This document shows, piece after piece, positions 37,301 through 52,300 of a stretch of DNA of 64,000 nt. Each line of letters starts with the position of its first letter. Position 1 is the stretch's first letter. Under the pieces are notes generated by a model that was not told the origin of the DNA, made no database searches, and worked only from the letters and a program-made list of their open reading frames with translations. Source of the stretch: Yuukianura sp. NJ FZ-2021 (Eukaryota); the NCBI GenBank assembly GCA_046563655.1, contig CM102286.1, positions 13,206,001-13,270,000 of the forward strand, read 5' to 3'. The position numbers and the translations under genes were made by a program.

Positions 37301-40300
37301 GTGACATGAAAAATCTCCAGGACAGCCTCTTTAATTGCTTCTCAGACACTTTTGGAATTCTCAACGTCTTTCTCCCGCTTTCCAAGGAGAAAGTTCTCAG
37401 GAAAAGAAGAATGGACCTTCCGCAATGTTAAAACTTTGTGTTACAAAACACGCACTTTTGCACCTCTATTTAAAGACGGTTTTCATTTTTTTGCGAATCA
37501 ATTTTGCGTTTTCGTCTTTTTCTTTTTACTAAAATGCCAAAACTACGAGTGAGTGTCGAATTTTCTTGAAAAAAGGAAATGAAAAGAAAATTTCTCTCCT
37601 TTTCCTGTCAAAAGCGTGAAGTGAAACCACTTCCCAAGATTTGTTCTGACACCCTTCATTGCTTTGGAGATGAAACAAATTGCAAAATATGAAGACACAT
37701 TTAATCGCCCCTTGATTACTATCTCACGAAATGTGCTTTCTCTTCTCTGAAGAAAACGGCGGGAGTAACTAAGCCGCCTTCCTTATTTATTTCTATACGT
37801 TAGGCAACTCAAACTCAAAAGAGAAAGTTCTATTTATCTCGAAGCCTAGAGGACTTAGCATCATTTTCCTTTTCTGTCCGAAAAACCCAGAAAAAATCGG
37901 ACAGGACGAAAAAAAAACCTAAAGCTTCCACTTTTCTCCTACTTTTTTAAAGGCAAAAAGTATAACTTAATTCTGAGTTAAAGTTAATGGACGGAACATG
38001 AAATCCATCTCTCCTGTCTTTCCGCGATGATACTTGACACCTAACAAAAACTTTACCACTTTGTACAAACCACCAAACCGCGTTTTTTAGAAAATTGAGA
38101 GAAATGGAGTCTGAAAACGGAAGGAAGATGATATGTGGAAACACAAAATAAAAGTAGCCCAATTCTTCAAAAATTAATTTCACTCGCTTTCAAACTTCGT
38201 GTGAAGTTGATTGTAATTAATCGTCAGTTTCAAAAGCAAAACCAAAAGAAAATATCAAAGCACTAAAACGCATCAAAAACTCAAAAAAAAAATTGTGCTC
38301 AAAACCCCGAGAACTGTTGAAATCCATACATAACATAATCCACTAAAATTTTGAATTTTTAAATGGCGCTCATGATAAAGAATCCTCTTTTTTTTCAGAA
38401 TCTTCACTACCTCGATTTTCACAACCTATTCCAAACGTCACTGTTACTATTAATAAAGGTAAGAAAAAATTAACTTTAAGTTGTAATTAACTAATTAAAT
38501 TCTAAGTTAAGTGATTAGTTTAATCTAAAGAAATTTAGTATCCTAAATCGAAACCTAACATTTTTTCTTTCCAGACGCCCTTCTCCCTTGCGTTGTTGAC
38601 AATTTACGGAGTTACAAGGTACGTTTTCTGAATTTCAAAAACTTAAAAATCAATTAACTTTTGTAAAAAAACACAAATTAATTTAAAATAAACTCAATTA
38701 CTTGGAAAATGAGAACTTAAATCTACTTTCGAATCAGAAAAAGTAGGGTTTTTTTGTGCGTGTTTTATGTCTGTGATGAAAAGCAATGTTTAGTTTACGT
38801 GACTGTCCAAAAATCAACCCTCTCTCTTTCCAAAGTGGTGTTAATCTTGATTAGTTTGGCAGTTAAGAAAAAAAGTCTCTCATGCATTACATTATGAAAG
38901 GGGGATGATGACGGTGTGTGATGAATTCTAAAGTGAAACAATTTCACCACCCTCCTTTCACTTTCTCTTTTTTGTTTGTCTCAGCTTTTTTCAAAAAGTA
39001 AAAAAAGCAGGGGAGAAAGTGCCAAGATTTTTGACAGGAGCAGAAATGCCTTAAACTTTTTCCTTTCCCATTTTCCTTCTAGCACTTTTTAAAGGTTAGA
39101 AAGTGAAGAAAGAAGAAGAGGAAGACATGATAAGTTACAATGCATCATGTGGCGGTTCGTAGTAATAAAAATGGATTCTGCAGCTTTCTCCTGGCAAGAA
39201 AACGCGGGATATTTCAATATTAATTGCCACCTATTTGTCACTTTCTCCCCTCCCTCGTTTCCGAGGTTCAAGAATAGGAGATTTCTATATTAAAACTGAA
39301 GAGAGAGAAAGACGTGGTCCGGACGGTGTCCCCACCCTTTGACGACAAGGTTACACCAACATTTTTGAATTTTGAAAAAACCGCCAAGATATGCAGGGGC
39401 GGGGGTGAAAAAACTTAAACCTGTCGAGAGAACTCAACATGAAGATTTTATTAAAATCTGAACACTTTCTTCCTGTCCTTAGTCTTTATCCCTTCAAAAA
39501 GCTTTCTCTTAAGCAAAGCCTGTGTTAACCGAACCCCGCCGCCCCCTCAAAAGGGGTGTGGGGGAGGGGTGGAACTTTTCTGTCGTAAAGTAAACACTTT
39601 TGGATCAAACGGGATTTGTTTTCGGATATCCCTTCCCTAACTCTGGCAAGACTAGAAAGACTGAGGAAACTCAACCTGAATGGAAAATCAGGACTTTGGA
39701 AATTGTCTGTCCGTCACAGTGACACATGCATGTGCCACAAGCTAAGTCTGCTGACACTTCACAAATTCACATTTCATTCACCCAATTTCACAAATGACGG
39801 AAATGTGCAAATATGAAAAACCTGTCAAAGAGGAGAGCAGATTTTTTAAACAGGCGAGAAATGGGTCACATCGTAAGCTGATTCTCAATGACGAAAAAAG
39901 CGGGAAAAAATGAATTTGTAACAAAAAATGACAGATTCAGTATTGCATTGGCATAAAATGATGGTCCAAACGTGCCGGTAAAAAACACGGCGTGTCTGTT
40001 CAATCTGATCGTTGCGCCTGCGCGTGGTGTTCGAAAAGTCACTGACAGCAGGGGTGTTGTGATTGATACCGCGGTGTGTCTGTATTATTAATTCTTAGAA
40101 AGTAACGTCTTCCGATGACAACTTAATAAGTGGCGCGTCTCGTCAGAAATACTGTTTTTTTTTTCAAAAATTCACGCTAAAGTGAAAATTTCTAAAAGTC
40201 TAAACCACTTGGGCTGAATATTGAAGTTAAACTGGTCTGTGCTGAATTTTGACGTTAACAAAATTTTTAATTTTTTTTAAATCTCTCGTGTTAACAAAAT

Positions 40301-43300
40301 GTTCAGATCAGATCAACAAATTTTCTTGGAAAATTTATAGTTAACAATTTTGTTTAGGTGGCTTGGGTTCGTGTCGATACTCAGACAATTTTGACAATTC
40401 ACCAAGCCGTCATCACTCGAAATCCCAGAATAACCTTGGCACATAGTGATCATCGATCTTGGTTTTTACAAGTAAGTAACGTTAAACAATTTCAAAATCC
40501 TTGCACTTTGCTGCGCACAATGAAAAGCTAAAACAACCTCTGACCTCAGAGAGGGTTGTGGCATTTAAGCGCCAGTCTAAAATTTCACTTCTTTGGTTTC
40601 AAAAATGAGCTTTTAGAGGTTTCAGATTTCAGAGTTGGAAAAGTTTGTTTCCTGAAAGCAGAAAAAACGAGAATTCTGCTGAAAACAAAATTTTCTCCCC
40701 AAACCAACCCCGGATTTTTCGGCTTTTCTTTCCTAACTTCAAAATAGTTTTTCTTCCCTCCCAGTCACTTTCCTTGTCAAACAGTAAACACGTTTCCTAG
40801 TTTGTAAGTAACTGTTTGTCTTTTTTAAACGAATTAGCAGCCAAAAAGAAAACAGTGTGTGACGCATACAATCGATATTTAAAAAAGATTTTCAAAACAA
40901 CAGAAACAGTAGCATAGATTTTTTCAAAGCTATAAGATTATTTTTGTACCTTTGTGTAATTATATTTCGACAACTTCGAAGAAAGTTAATTCGAGAACTT
41001 TGACAATGAAATTGAATTGAAATTGGTCCTACTGAGCTCAAAGTTCGACCTAATTAAATTTTATTGCGTTCTTAATTTGTCCCAGACTTTGTAATTTTGA
41101 CAGTATATTTTTAGAACAAAAGTCAAAAGTGTCAAAATTACGAAATCTTTTGTCAATTACTGAATGGTTTCCGATATCTTGATTTAGTCAAAGTTTGACT
41201 TTGAAAGTTTTACAAAGCACTTGCCAAATTTCGTTTACAAAAGCGGAAAACGGTAACCTAAACTAATTGAAAAAATTTTTGAAAAATAATTTCAGATCAA
41301 AGCAACACAAGAAGGAGATCGTGGATGGTATATGTGCCAGGTAGAAAATAAGTATTAAAAATTACTAACTGAATGCCCGTAAACATGATAGTTAATTACC
41401 TTATACCTTCCTGCATCATTGTACTAGTTTACTAATGTTCAATTTTGGCAAACAGGTAAATACTGACCCAATGAGAAGTCTGATGGGCTATTTGGAAGTA
41501 GTAGGTAAGTTTTTCAGGAATTGTTTTGCACTGAAATTGGATATTTTAAAAACCAGTCAATTTTTTTCCCTAACATCGGAACAAAAATTTGCAATTTTTC
41601 GCCGATTTCTTAGAAAATGGCACACGATTTCCGCGTTTACTTTCTTACGCAAGACGTAAATCAAAATGCAGAAGAGGTTTTTACTCGCACAAACAGTAGT
41701 AGGAGAAAAACGTTTAATTTTCCCCAGAGACCTTTCCCTTCCCTTTGCCTTGCGGCTGAAACGGAAACAATGTCTGAATTCTAATGACACAAAAACTCAC
41801 AACTATCGACTGTAAACAGAGCAAAATTCTATGTGCTAAGAATCCAAAAAATATTTTGCAAAAATTGAGCTACCTTTGGACCAAAAACGCGGAAAACTCA
41901 AAATCCGTAAAAGAGAAACTAACAAAAACCACCATAGCCAAAACAGCCAAAATTTCTATACTAAAAAAACAGAATATAAGAAATTAAATGTTTTCTCTTT
42001 GTGAAACCAAAAGCTAACAATTCTTGTTTCAAAAAAATTTCAGTTCCTCCGAAAATAATTGACAAGGAGACGAGTACGGACATTGTTGTGAAGGAGGGTT
42101 CGAACGTGACACTTCGCTGCAAGGCCAAAGGGCATCCAGAGCCCTACGTCATGTGGCGCAGGGAGGATAATCAGGAAATTCAGTACAATGGAGTCATGGG
42201 TAAGTTTTTCACTAAACTTAATTTCAAATTTCCCGCTAAACAATTTAGCTACAACTTTCCGCTTCACTTTCATATTCTTCCTTCCAGCTACAGCTCACTT
42301 CCACTTGTTAATTCAAAACAATCCGATTAGCACCCACCCACCAAAACTCTCCTTCACTTGTGTTCACGTACTTCGCGGATGAACCCCTGCAGCAATTTAA
42401 TTAGGCAATTGCTTTTGACAGTTTCCAAAACTCCTAATTTTTATTTTCCCTTAGGCAAGTGTTGACTTGTATCCAAGAATTTGGAAGCTCCTAATTACTA
42501 AGTTAGTGCAGGGAGAAAGTCGTGTTTGAAGGGTCCTACGTGAAGGGCCAAGGGCTACTTCTATGCCGTAAAATCCAGGAAATCCAAGGGTCCATCCGTA
42601 ACCTCTCTCCTGTCCAGAAACTTTTTCTAGCCCAAAGCACCTAGAGTCTACAAGCTCCGAAAAAATACGGCAGTGGGAGATGAAACATGGATTTTTACAG
42701 AAAAATTTCCAGAGACGCAAGGGCTAAATTTTTTTTGGCGAAATTTCTTCAAATTAATTCTGGACACAGAGCTCAAGGTGAAACGAATTTTTTTAGTACA
42801 ATTTTCCTCGAGATTTTCCGAACTGCTAAAAGATGTGAAAAACTTAAAGACGAGATGCCAGAGGGGAAATTTTGTTGTGTCCAGAATTAAATGAAAGTAA
42901 CTTAATCAACACACAAACTCAGAACTCGGTTGCCAAAAGGCATGCTTCACTTTTAAAATTTCCTTTCTCTAAAAAAAACATACACACAAAAAAACGAAAA
43001 ACGGAGCAGACCATGACCAAGCAAGAAAGCGCATTCTATTTCACTTAAAAAAACAACCAAAAGAAAACGAAAATCAAAACAAAACAGTTTACAAAAAAAT
43101 ATTACTCAAATCCTACATTCCATTCATATAAATTAACTTCTGAGTTCTTTGTAATTTAAAGTTTTTTAAAAAAATATTTTTTCCCGGTAGCCAGCTACGA
43201 CAAGAAGTTGTTCTTTTTTGCGGCTTTAGATGGTATCACGCACAATTTTTTTTTGAAAAGTGGAGGTAGAAAATGTCACCAGCTCCACTGACAGCAAATG

Positions 43301-46300
43301 TCAGATATCGTTTTTGTTGTCCAGTGAAAGTCATATTTAGAATGACTTTCTCCATCCCCCTCTCTTTTCACATTGGATTTCATTATTTTCCACCCTCTTT
43401 TTCATTTCGAAGAGGGTGAAAAGAAAGAAAGCTAAGGAAATAAGAAATTTCTTATAAGTATTGACACTCCCATTCATTTCAGGAAAATCGGAAGTCAAAC
43501 CAGTCTGTTTCCCTCTCCCTCTCTTTTTTACGGAAAATCTTCCCCTTGAAATTGAAATAAGAAACCATCTTGTGAAAACGACACTTTGGGGACATTTTCT
43601 AGTACTTCAATCGCTTTTACACAAAACGTAGATTTTTTTTCTGTGTAATTGATAGCAAACCAAAAAAAAAATGAGTTGAAGCGATAGGGTTAAAGTGAAA
43701 GTTAGTGGAAAGAATTAATTCATTTTCAGAACCAGGTGCTTTGACCAAATGCTTTTTTGTTCAAATATGTTCAAATATCTTGAAAATGTTTATTTATTGC
43801 TTCGGATATCTCAAGATCTCTTGATCTCCTGCAATTGAATCCCTCCAAACATCTGAGCGTTTCAAGAGTTATTGGTCGTAAAGATTCAAAAACAAGTTTA
43901 TCCGAGGACGTTAAATGTGCAATTCCGGTATCACGTCGTTAACAATCTCAAATGATAAAAGCTAAACACAGAAATAACAAATGTTCCGGTGAGAATCCGA
44001 ATGACATCGATTATGCTTTGTTATAAAGATTTGATTCAAATTTTTAGCTTTTTCAAAATTTCAGCGGCGATTAGACAACTTATTTAAAGTAAATCTAAAA
44101 ATTGTCTGTTTCATTTAAAGTTGTTCGGTGTCTCCATTCTGAAGTTTTCGGTCTGAAAAACAAACTTTTTCTTATGTTCTTTCGTTATGATAATCTTCGG
44201 TGTTTTCACACAAGGAACCAATACTTTTTGGTTGGGATGTGTTTGAAAAACCACTAAAAACACTTTGTGCATTTAGATCCTTATGGGCCACAGTATGGTC
44301 TGTGAAAAGTTTCGTTTACGACACAAAAAGTCTTTCCAAAAAAGAAAGTCTGAACATGAAAAAGTTTCAAAAGGAAGAGAAAGTGACTCAGAAAAAAACC
44401 TGTAAACCGCAGGGAAACGCCACTTTTACACAAAAAGAAAAGGGAGGGAGGAAGAAGGAAATGTTGATGCATGTAAATGGTCGCGATTTGAATTCCAAGT
44501 ATTTGTTTGTCTCTCCTCCACTTTTTCTTCTAATGGGAACACACTTTACGAATATTAAAATTCTTCAGCTAGAAATAGCCGCCAAAAAATTCTGATTTTA
44601 AAACCGCCCACAGCTTGTCTGACTTTTCTGTGTTCCCAAAAAAAAAGACCGAAATTGTAACAAAGGCAGCGCAAATGGTGCCAAATGTTCAGAGAATTTT
44701 TAGCATTCTCGTCCGATTGTTTCCGCACATCTAAATCATTCTTTTGTTGTTTTTCAACAAAATTTCTGGTAAAAGAAAAATTTCAACTTGTTTTACACTT
44801 AACTTTGCCGAATAGTGAAAGTTAGACGAGCGGGAAGCCTTTTTGGCCGGTTTCTGAAAAACATGAATTTTGAAAATCTGCTTGTTCCGCTTTTTATGTA
44901 AATTCTGAGGATTAGTGTGCTTAAAATCTTTGCACATTATTTTCGCCCCATAAACTTCAAAGATTAGTGAAACTCTTTTTGAGTGTAGTTAAATAACTTT
45001 TAATTTGAAAATACTTAGAAATGTACTTTCAAAATCCTAATATGTTTTTGCTTGTTCTAAACAGCAAGTGCTAAAAACCGAGTTAATCACTGTTTCTCAA
45101 TGTGGTCGACTTCCTCCCAAAATTTTGAACAAAGTTAAGGAATTCCAGCATTTCAAAACAGACAGTAAGTTTCACTTGCTCCAACGTTAAAAGTGTAGAA
45201 AACAAAAGTTTGTTTACAATTTCAGTGTTTTCAATGCGTTTAATTCTGAGATGATGCCCTGAAGAGAAAGCACTGAAGTGTAAAACGCTGAGACTAAGAA
45301 ATATTGTTTCAAATTCTTGTTTGAATAATAACACAGTGTCCCCCTTTTAAAATTCAATTTCAACCCTGTCTTCTCAAAATGTCGTTTTAAAATGGTTTTC
45401 TTACAAATCCAACAATTCACATTTTATCTCAAGAAATCTGGAGAAGAATTAATCGCCCTTTAATTAAATTTTTCTCTTCAACAGTTTCAATTTTCAGTCC
45501 ACCCTAATTGCAAATTCAAAACAAGAGAAACAAAGCAAATATCAAGACTGCTGGAATGTTTCAAAAACCAAAACAAAAATTTTAGACGAAAAAGTATCGA
45601 AAATCCAAAGTGATTTGTTTATATTTTGTAAACCTGAGACAAGTAATTGCTTTCTCCTGAATTCAATCCCATGCACCTAAGCTATCAAACCCAATTTCTA
45701 CTTTGATACATCAGTGGGACAGACAAAGTGAATCCTACAGTGAACTTCTCGTTTTGCATGATCAATTCTCTAGAGCAATCGAAAATAGGTTCAATCTAAA
45801 TCTAACATTTCATAAATTTTAATTTACACAAAAGAAACCGTAATCTAGCTCTCGTGTATTGATGAAATAGCTGCAAATTCAGATTACAAGGGTCGCAAAT
45901 CTGACATTCAAATCCGAAAGATTCAATTTCATAGAAAAAAATGAAGCTTGAGGTTGACATCTTTCCACAACTTTGGTTGAAATTTGGTTTCCTTAAATAA
46001 CGCAAATACCTTTATTGTAAATGGAGTTTAAGTTTTCGGAAATCCTGTCTCAAATCTATCTCAATCTGTGGAAAAAATTGAAAATAGGTTGGAAGAATTA
46101 TATTATTGATTCAAGTGACCATAGGTTTTTGAATGGTATTGATTGGCTGGAAACGTTTGGAATGACAAGTCGAAAAGTGCTTGGAGGGTATTGAAATAAG
46201 TTAAGGACGAGAGGATCAGAATGGAAGGACGCCATGGAGAGAAAGTCAAGTTAAGGGAAAGGGGGCCTAACTCCTACATGTGTGGCCACTAGATAAATGG

Positions 46301-49300
46301 AGAAAGTGAACACCTTGTCAAAGAGAGATCTCTTATCCCTTTGAAGATCTATTCACTCTTACTACTCATTTCCTCACTCTCACACTGTTTTCCTCACTCA
46401 TGCTCATCTCCTCGCTCCTATACTCTTTCCCTCACACACTAATTTCCCCACTCTCATACTCTTTTCCTCACTCATGCTCATTTCCTCACTCTCATACTCT
46501 TTTGGTCACTCATGTTCATTTCCTCACTCATACGCTTCCTGATTACTTATTTCCTCATACTCTGTTTTTCACTCATTCTCCTTTCCTCACATCTAATCAT
46601 TTCCTCTCATACTGTTTTCCGAGCATGCTCATTTCCTCGCTACCTTTTTGCATACCTTTTCCCCACTCTCATACTAATTTCTCGATTATACTCTTTCTCT
46701 CGCTCTATTCATTTCGTCGCTCACATTCCTCCTCAGTTAGTATACTATTTTCCTCTCTTTCGAACTCTTTTCTTCACTCTCGTTACTCATTTCTTCACTT
46801 TCCTCGTACTCTTTTCCTCCCCTGCTCATTTTCCATCTCACTTTCACCGTGGCATTCTTCTTTGCAACTCTTTTTTTCATGTTCCCAGCTTCCCCCTCTT
46901 CTGCCGCGTCTTTTCACGCTCCATTTATTAACATCACTTTCTACATATCTCTTTTTATACCCACTCTCCTGTCTCCAACCTCACTCTGACTCCATAAAAT
47001 TATCATTGTCTTTCCAATTTAACTTTTTATTCAAACCACTTTCTCCTACGCTCCCGTCCAAGTAACTCAAGTCAACGACTCCAACAATTAGTTTTTCGAT
47101 CTCAAAGTTACGAAAAGTAACCACTTTTAGGTAAAACGGATTCGACGTATTATGGCAATAGAGAAACGAAAACTTTTTACCCAAACTGTGTTGGAGTTTG
47201 ATTTAAAAAAGCAGGAATATTAAAGTGGCATTGGAACTTTCAATTTTTGAAGGTTCCTGTAACTCTGCCGCAACAGCATGAGTGAAGACGCTCCATAAAT
47301 TCTTATGATTATTTATCTTTTATTCATGAACAAGGGGAGTTCGTATTTTTCTTAAGAGTGAACATCAGAGGGGAAAGGAAGGAGCGGAATAAAGAAAACA
47401 ATTTTTGAAGGTTCCTGTAACTCTGCCGCAACAGCATGAGTGAAGACGCTCCATAAATTCTTATGATTATTTATCTTTTATTCATGAACAAGGGGAGTTC
47501 GTATTTTTCTTAAGAGTGAACATCAGAGGGGAAAGGAAGGAGCGGAACAAAGAAAAAAATCTCGTAACATTTGAAGCATTGTTATCTTCCGCATTTTACA
47601 AGTTTACAAGCTTAAAGTACTGTTTTCCAGGAAAATTCAACATAACAGGATTTTAGATTTTTCCCCTAACTAACCCATTCCAATCAGAAACTAACGTGAG
47701 GGTTTGACTTTTAAAAAAATGCGGTTCACTCCCATTTCTTTCTTTTTTTTTGAATTGCTCATCCCTGAAAATGTTAAGGAGAAAGTAAAATGTATGGAGA
47801 GAATGCATAACTATGTGCATAACTATGTGTTCAGCTGTCGCTTGTTAACACACTTTCCCCGTATACATTAACCACCCCATCCAAATGCAAATGAGGATTC
47901 TACAGAGGAAAAGCAGTGTTTCATGCCAAGGGTGAAGGAGAAAGAAACTTTGGCGTCGGTTCCTAATAGGAGATTACGAATGAAGGAAAAGCTTCTCTCT
48001 GATCACACACTTCACTAACATTCAGCACATCCAGAAAGTATTTCCCCACACTATGCATCAGAACTGTGTCTGCAACATGAAAGATCTCCGATGTTGCACA
48101 CGTACCACAAAAGTAATATTAACACATCCTTTGTCTGGTTACATTTTCATTTAAACTGTGACTTATAGCCACAAGATCTCCAGCCACCAAAGAAACTTTG
48201 TCAATGTCAACACCACACATGAACATCTTCATTACACTTATTCATGAAAGTCACTTTTCCCACAGAAAACTTGAGGTTCATCAGAGACAATGATACCGGC
48301 TCCAAGGAATTTTTTCTTCAAAAACACTTCATTCAAAATTCAGAATCTTCGTAAAGAATCAAAAGCACAACAAAATTTCTCCAAAATTTCTTTCTCAAAA
48401 TGTTGAATTTGAACTTCAAAAGTCAACTTGAGTTTTACGGATAAAAAACTGAAAACGTATTTCTAAAAAAACTCATTCACTTCAACTGATGCATCACGAA
48501 ATCCCTAAAAGTAACTTCGCATAAAATCTTCAAATTTTCCCCCAAAAACATTAAGGTACAACAATGAATAAAATGTCAACGTAGAAAGAAACGCCATAAC
48601 GCCATGTTACCAAATTTAAGTCGTATTACCTAAAAATTCCAAAATTTCAAACAGAACAATGTTTCCCCGCTCTTTTTTCACGATAGGCAGCAATGGTACG
48701 AAAAAAAAACGATAAGTTTCCTGGGCAGTAGTGAGTACGTTGGGATGAAATTGAAGTTGTTTCCTGTTTTATGACAAGCGGATATCTGAAGTCAATGTCC
48801 GCCATACACAAAAGAAATAGTGTGATAGTAAGGCTGAAGTGAAAGCACCGTGCGTAAGGCATGCCAGCAGAAGTCTCCGGGTGACTCCAGAACACTTCCC
48901 CATACGAGTAGTAGTCCAAAGTCTATTTCTTTCAATTGTCAAAATAGAGTCGTTTGAGAAGTGATCTCATCATTGGCTTAGTTTCCAATTCCCTCAGGAA
49001 AAAGACTCCTGCCCCATAAAGAAAGTTCGTAAATTCCAAGAGCCATAACATATCCTACTCTCCCTCCTGCTTAAACTTCCATTGTCTCCCTCAACCCAAT
49101 CCCAATTTCAATACAATCTCTGATGTGTCTTAATGATTTCTCCAACACCGACTTTTTTCGAAATCACGCCCTCAAAATCCCGCCAAATTCAAAAATTCAA
49201 TTTCTCCTAAAAACGTTTCAAAAACATTGCTTTTCCTGTTTCACGAAAAAGCTAAACCTTCACCAACGCGATTAACAAACATTTAGAATAATAGAAAGCA

Positions 49301-52300
49301 GAAAAGAGCTAAAACTTTTTTGTTCTCTTTACAGTTAACGTCATCGACGGAGAATTTTTTCATATTCAGAAATTGTCCCGCCTTCACATGGCAGCTTACC
49401 TGTGCATTGGTAAGCTAACTTTTCTCAATTTAGTTGTTACTTATGTAAATTTTCAAAAAAATTTCTTTTCATGTAATTTCATAATTTGTTTTTAAATTCT
49501 AGCGTCTAATGGCATTCCACCGTCGATTAGCAAAAGAGTAGAAGTGAAAGTTCAGTGTAAGTACTACATGGAAAAAAATCGAACAACTACTTCCACTTAA
49601 GTGAAAATTTCTTTCGAAACGTTTTCAAAAAATTACGGAAATGGCTAAATATTGTTTCAAAATGTATACTTTCAGTTCCTCCCATGATGACAATTCCACA
49701 TCAACTTGAAGGAGCCTATTTAGGTCAAGAGGTGACTCTGGAGTGTCAGACCGAAGCATATCCCAAGTCCATCAATTACTGGACCACAGAACGCGGAGAT
49801 ATGATCGTCTCAGGTGAGATTCTTTGCAAAAACAAATTAGTCTGTCAAATCTATCTCATCGATATCCAAGCTAAAAATGCCAAGGTTCAGAAAAGAAATC
49901 AATCTTAGTTTTGTATCTAAGGTAACATAAATTGTTCCGTCTCTAAAGAAACACGAAATGACTGATATGATATCCATCTTGTGACGCTAATCTTCACAAG
50001 AGAAAGAAAGCATTAGGTTATTGTTAGGTTATACTTTAGATATTCCCAATTTCCCAGAGGCTTCCAGGAACAGGAACTAATCACAATAAAAGGGAAAACA
50101 AAGGGCACTTGAACTTTGATTGACACTCCAAAGGCCTCGTAGGAAGGAACGAATACCGTGATTGATGAACGCCACTGTTCTTTCAACCTCCATGAAAAAT
50201 CTACGCACTTTGAACTAAACCAGGTTCCTTTTACTTTCCTAAGAATAGCTGTGAAATGGAATACAGAACTTCTAAGAGAAGGAGAGGCTAGGCTCAATTG
50301 AAAAGCGAAAGGAGAAAGTAGTCCTTTCACTTTCACTTTCTAATTAACGCCCCTTAATTATCCCCTCAGCTCTTCACTTTAAATCAACCAGACTCCCTAG
50401 CCTTCTTATCCTCCAACTACTTCCACTTAATCAACTGTCTGCCCCATGCAAAACACAATACCTTACACCACACTTCCTTCTATTCATAACTTTCAGCTCA
50501 AAAATATCAATACCGTAAATCGTCTATTAGTAGCCGGTGCTGTCAAAACCTTCAAATTAAAAAATCCAGTACCCCATTTCTCAAGTTTTAGTCTATGAAA
50601 GCGTCTACGGGAAGGAAAATTAAACAAGGAGCTAAATATTTTAAGCGCCCGAAAATTCTATCGGAGGTTATTCGAACATTTACGGTAACAACTCACACAT
50701 ATCATCTGTCCTCACATTCTTTGCAATTTTTCACTCTTTTTTTCTCCAAATTTTTAACAAAGAACACCAACATTTTTCTCCATCAATTTTATACAAAATT
50801 GAGCAAGATTGAATTGAAAACCGCAACAAAGGAATTTCGGCACAAAATGAAATTTCAAAAAAGTACAAAAATTTCCACCTGTTCCACTCATGTAAATCGA
50901 ATCTACTCATCCTTAGTACAAGGTACAATATACAGTTGTCGGAGAAATTTTGAATTTCATCAGTTTTTTTTCTCTGAAAAAGAAATTCGCCTATAAGTTG
51001 ATTTCCGTAGTTTTTGGCAGTAGAATTTGAAGATAGGGAAGTTAAGGCTTATGAGGCGTTGCGAGTCAAAAACATAAGGACTAGGAAATAAATGGAAATG
51101 CTTTAGGACATGATCCAAAAATAAGGAAAAAGAAGGAATATGGTTAGGAAAAGGAAAAAAAAATAAAAGAAAGTCTTTGAGCTAACTTTCCTCCCAGCTA
51201 AAGCGAAGAACGCAGGAGAAAGTAGAAGGTGAAAGTCCCAAAACTTCTGTTTCAGAAGCTAATAATCCATAAGACAAAAGGACTTCAACGACCATATGAA
51301 TTGAAGGTGCAGAGGGAAAATCCAAAGACGTAAATCGACAGAAGAAGAACACTTCTGAACCACCGTCTTTCGAAAAAAAAAAATGCTGGAGGCTAAACAT
51401 ATATTTTCGACTTTTCCCACCTTGAATTTGAACAGTTTTTCGAACACCACACGATGGCTTAACTTTCTCCCACTTTTCTAAAATATAGTTGGACAGGCGA
51501 AGAAGAAAGAGAGGTGCTGACTTTTCTTTTTGTCACTTTTCACTTCCGAAGTTGAAAAAAGGCGGGAAAACTCCACTGTTCTGAGGTCTAAGGGCTTTTA
51601 ATGTCCCTTTATTACCTGTAATATGGGAAATGAAATATGGTGAAAACACTTTCCTAAGTCAATTATAAGGCTTTCGGGCATTTGTCTTTCCCAAAACTTT
51701 TTTCTGCTTTCCCCAACACCTCCAAAAACACACAAGGAAGCCTTTGATCCTTGGAGAAGGAACAAAAACCAAAAAGAAACCAATAATAGAAGTAAAAAAA
51801 AAACTTTTTGGCCAAAATGCCAAAATTGGACAAAAAAAACTTTCGAAGAAGTCCATTTTCTGCGAACTAATTCCACTTGGCCACACTTCTGGTCAAAGTA
51901 AAAAGAAAAAGTAAAAGGTTTCAAAAGCTTTGTTTCTAAAGTGGTCAAAAGGTAAAAATGAAAATCTAATGAAATTAGGACAACTTTTCAGAAAAAAAAG
52001 GGCGTAGTTTGAAAACGCACAGAACACACTGTAGTGCTTAAAATTCGGATAACACAGGTTAAGAACAAAGTAAAAGAAAAGCTAAGACAAATAGAACAAG
52101 ATTTATGAGGATGTTAACCGTCCCAAATTACCTCAACCACCAAAAGACAAATGGAAGGAACACAACCACCGACTGTTTAGGATTTCACCGCTAATCTCAC
52201 CAAACTAAACTGTTTACTAACAAAATCACCTGTTTCAATATCGACCAAAATCAACAAACATACAAGGAAAAAATTCAATTCGAATGTTGAAGACATGAAC

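Noticed and set aside
46400..47065. 221-aa and 139-aa ORFs
   Set aside because: Low-complexity translations of a CT-rich repeat that lacks stop codons.
48647..48930. GC-richer patch and 90-aa ORF; possible hammerhead ribozyme
   Set aside because: No recognisable protein motif, and CTGAAGT does not fit the CUGANGA core.
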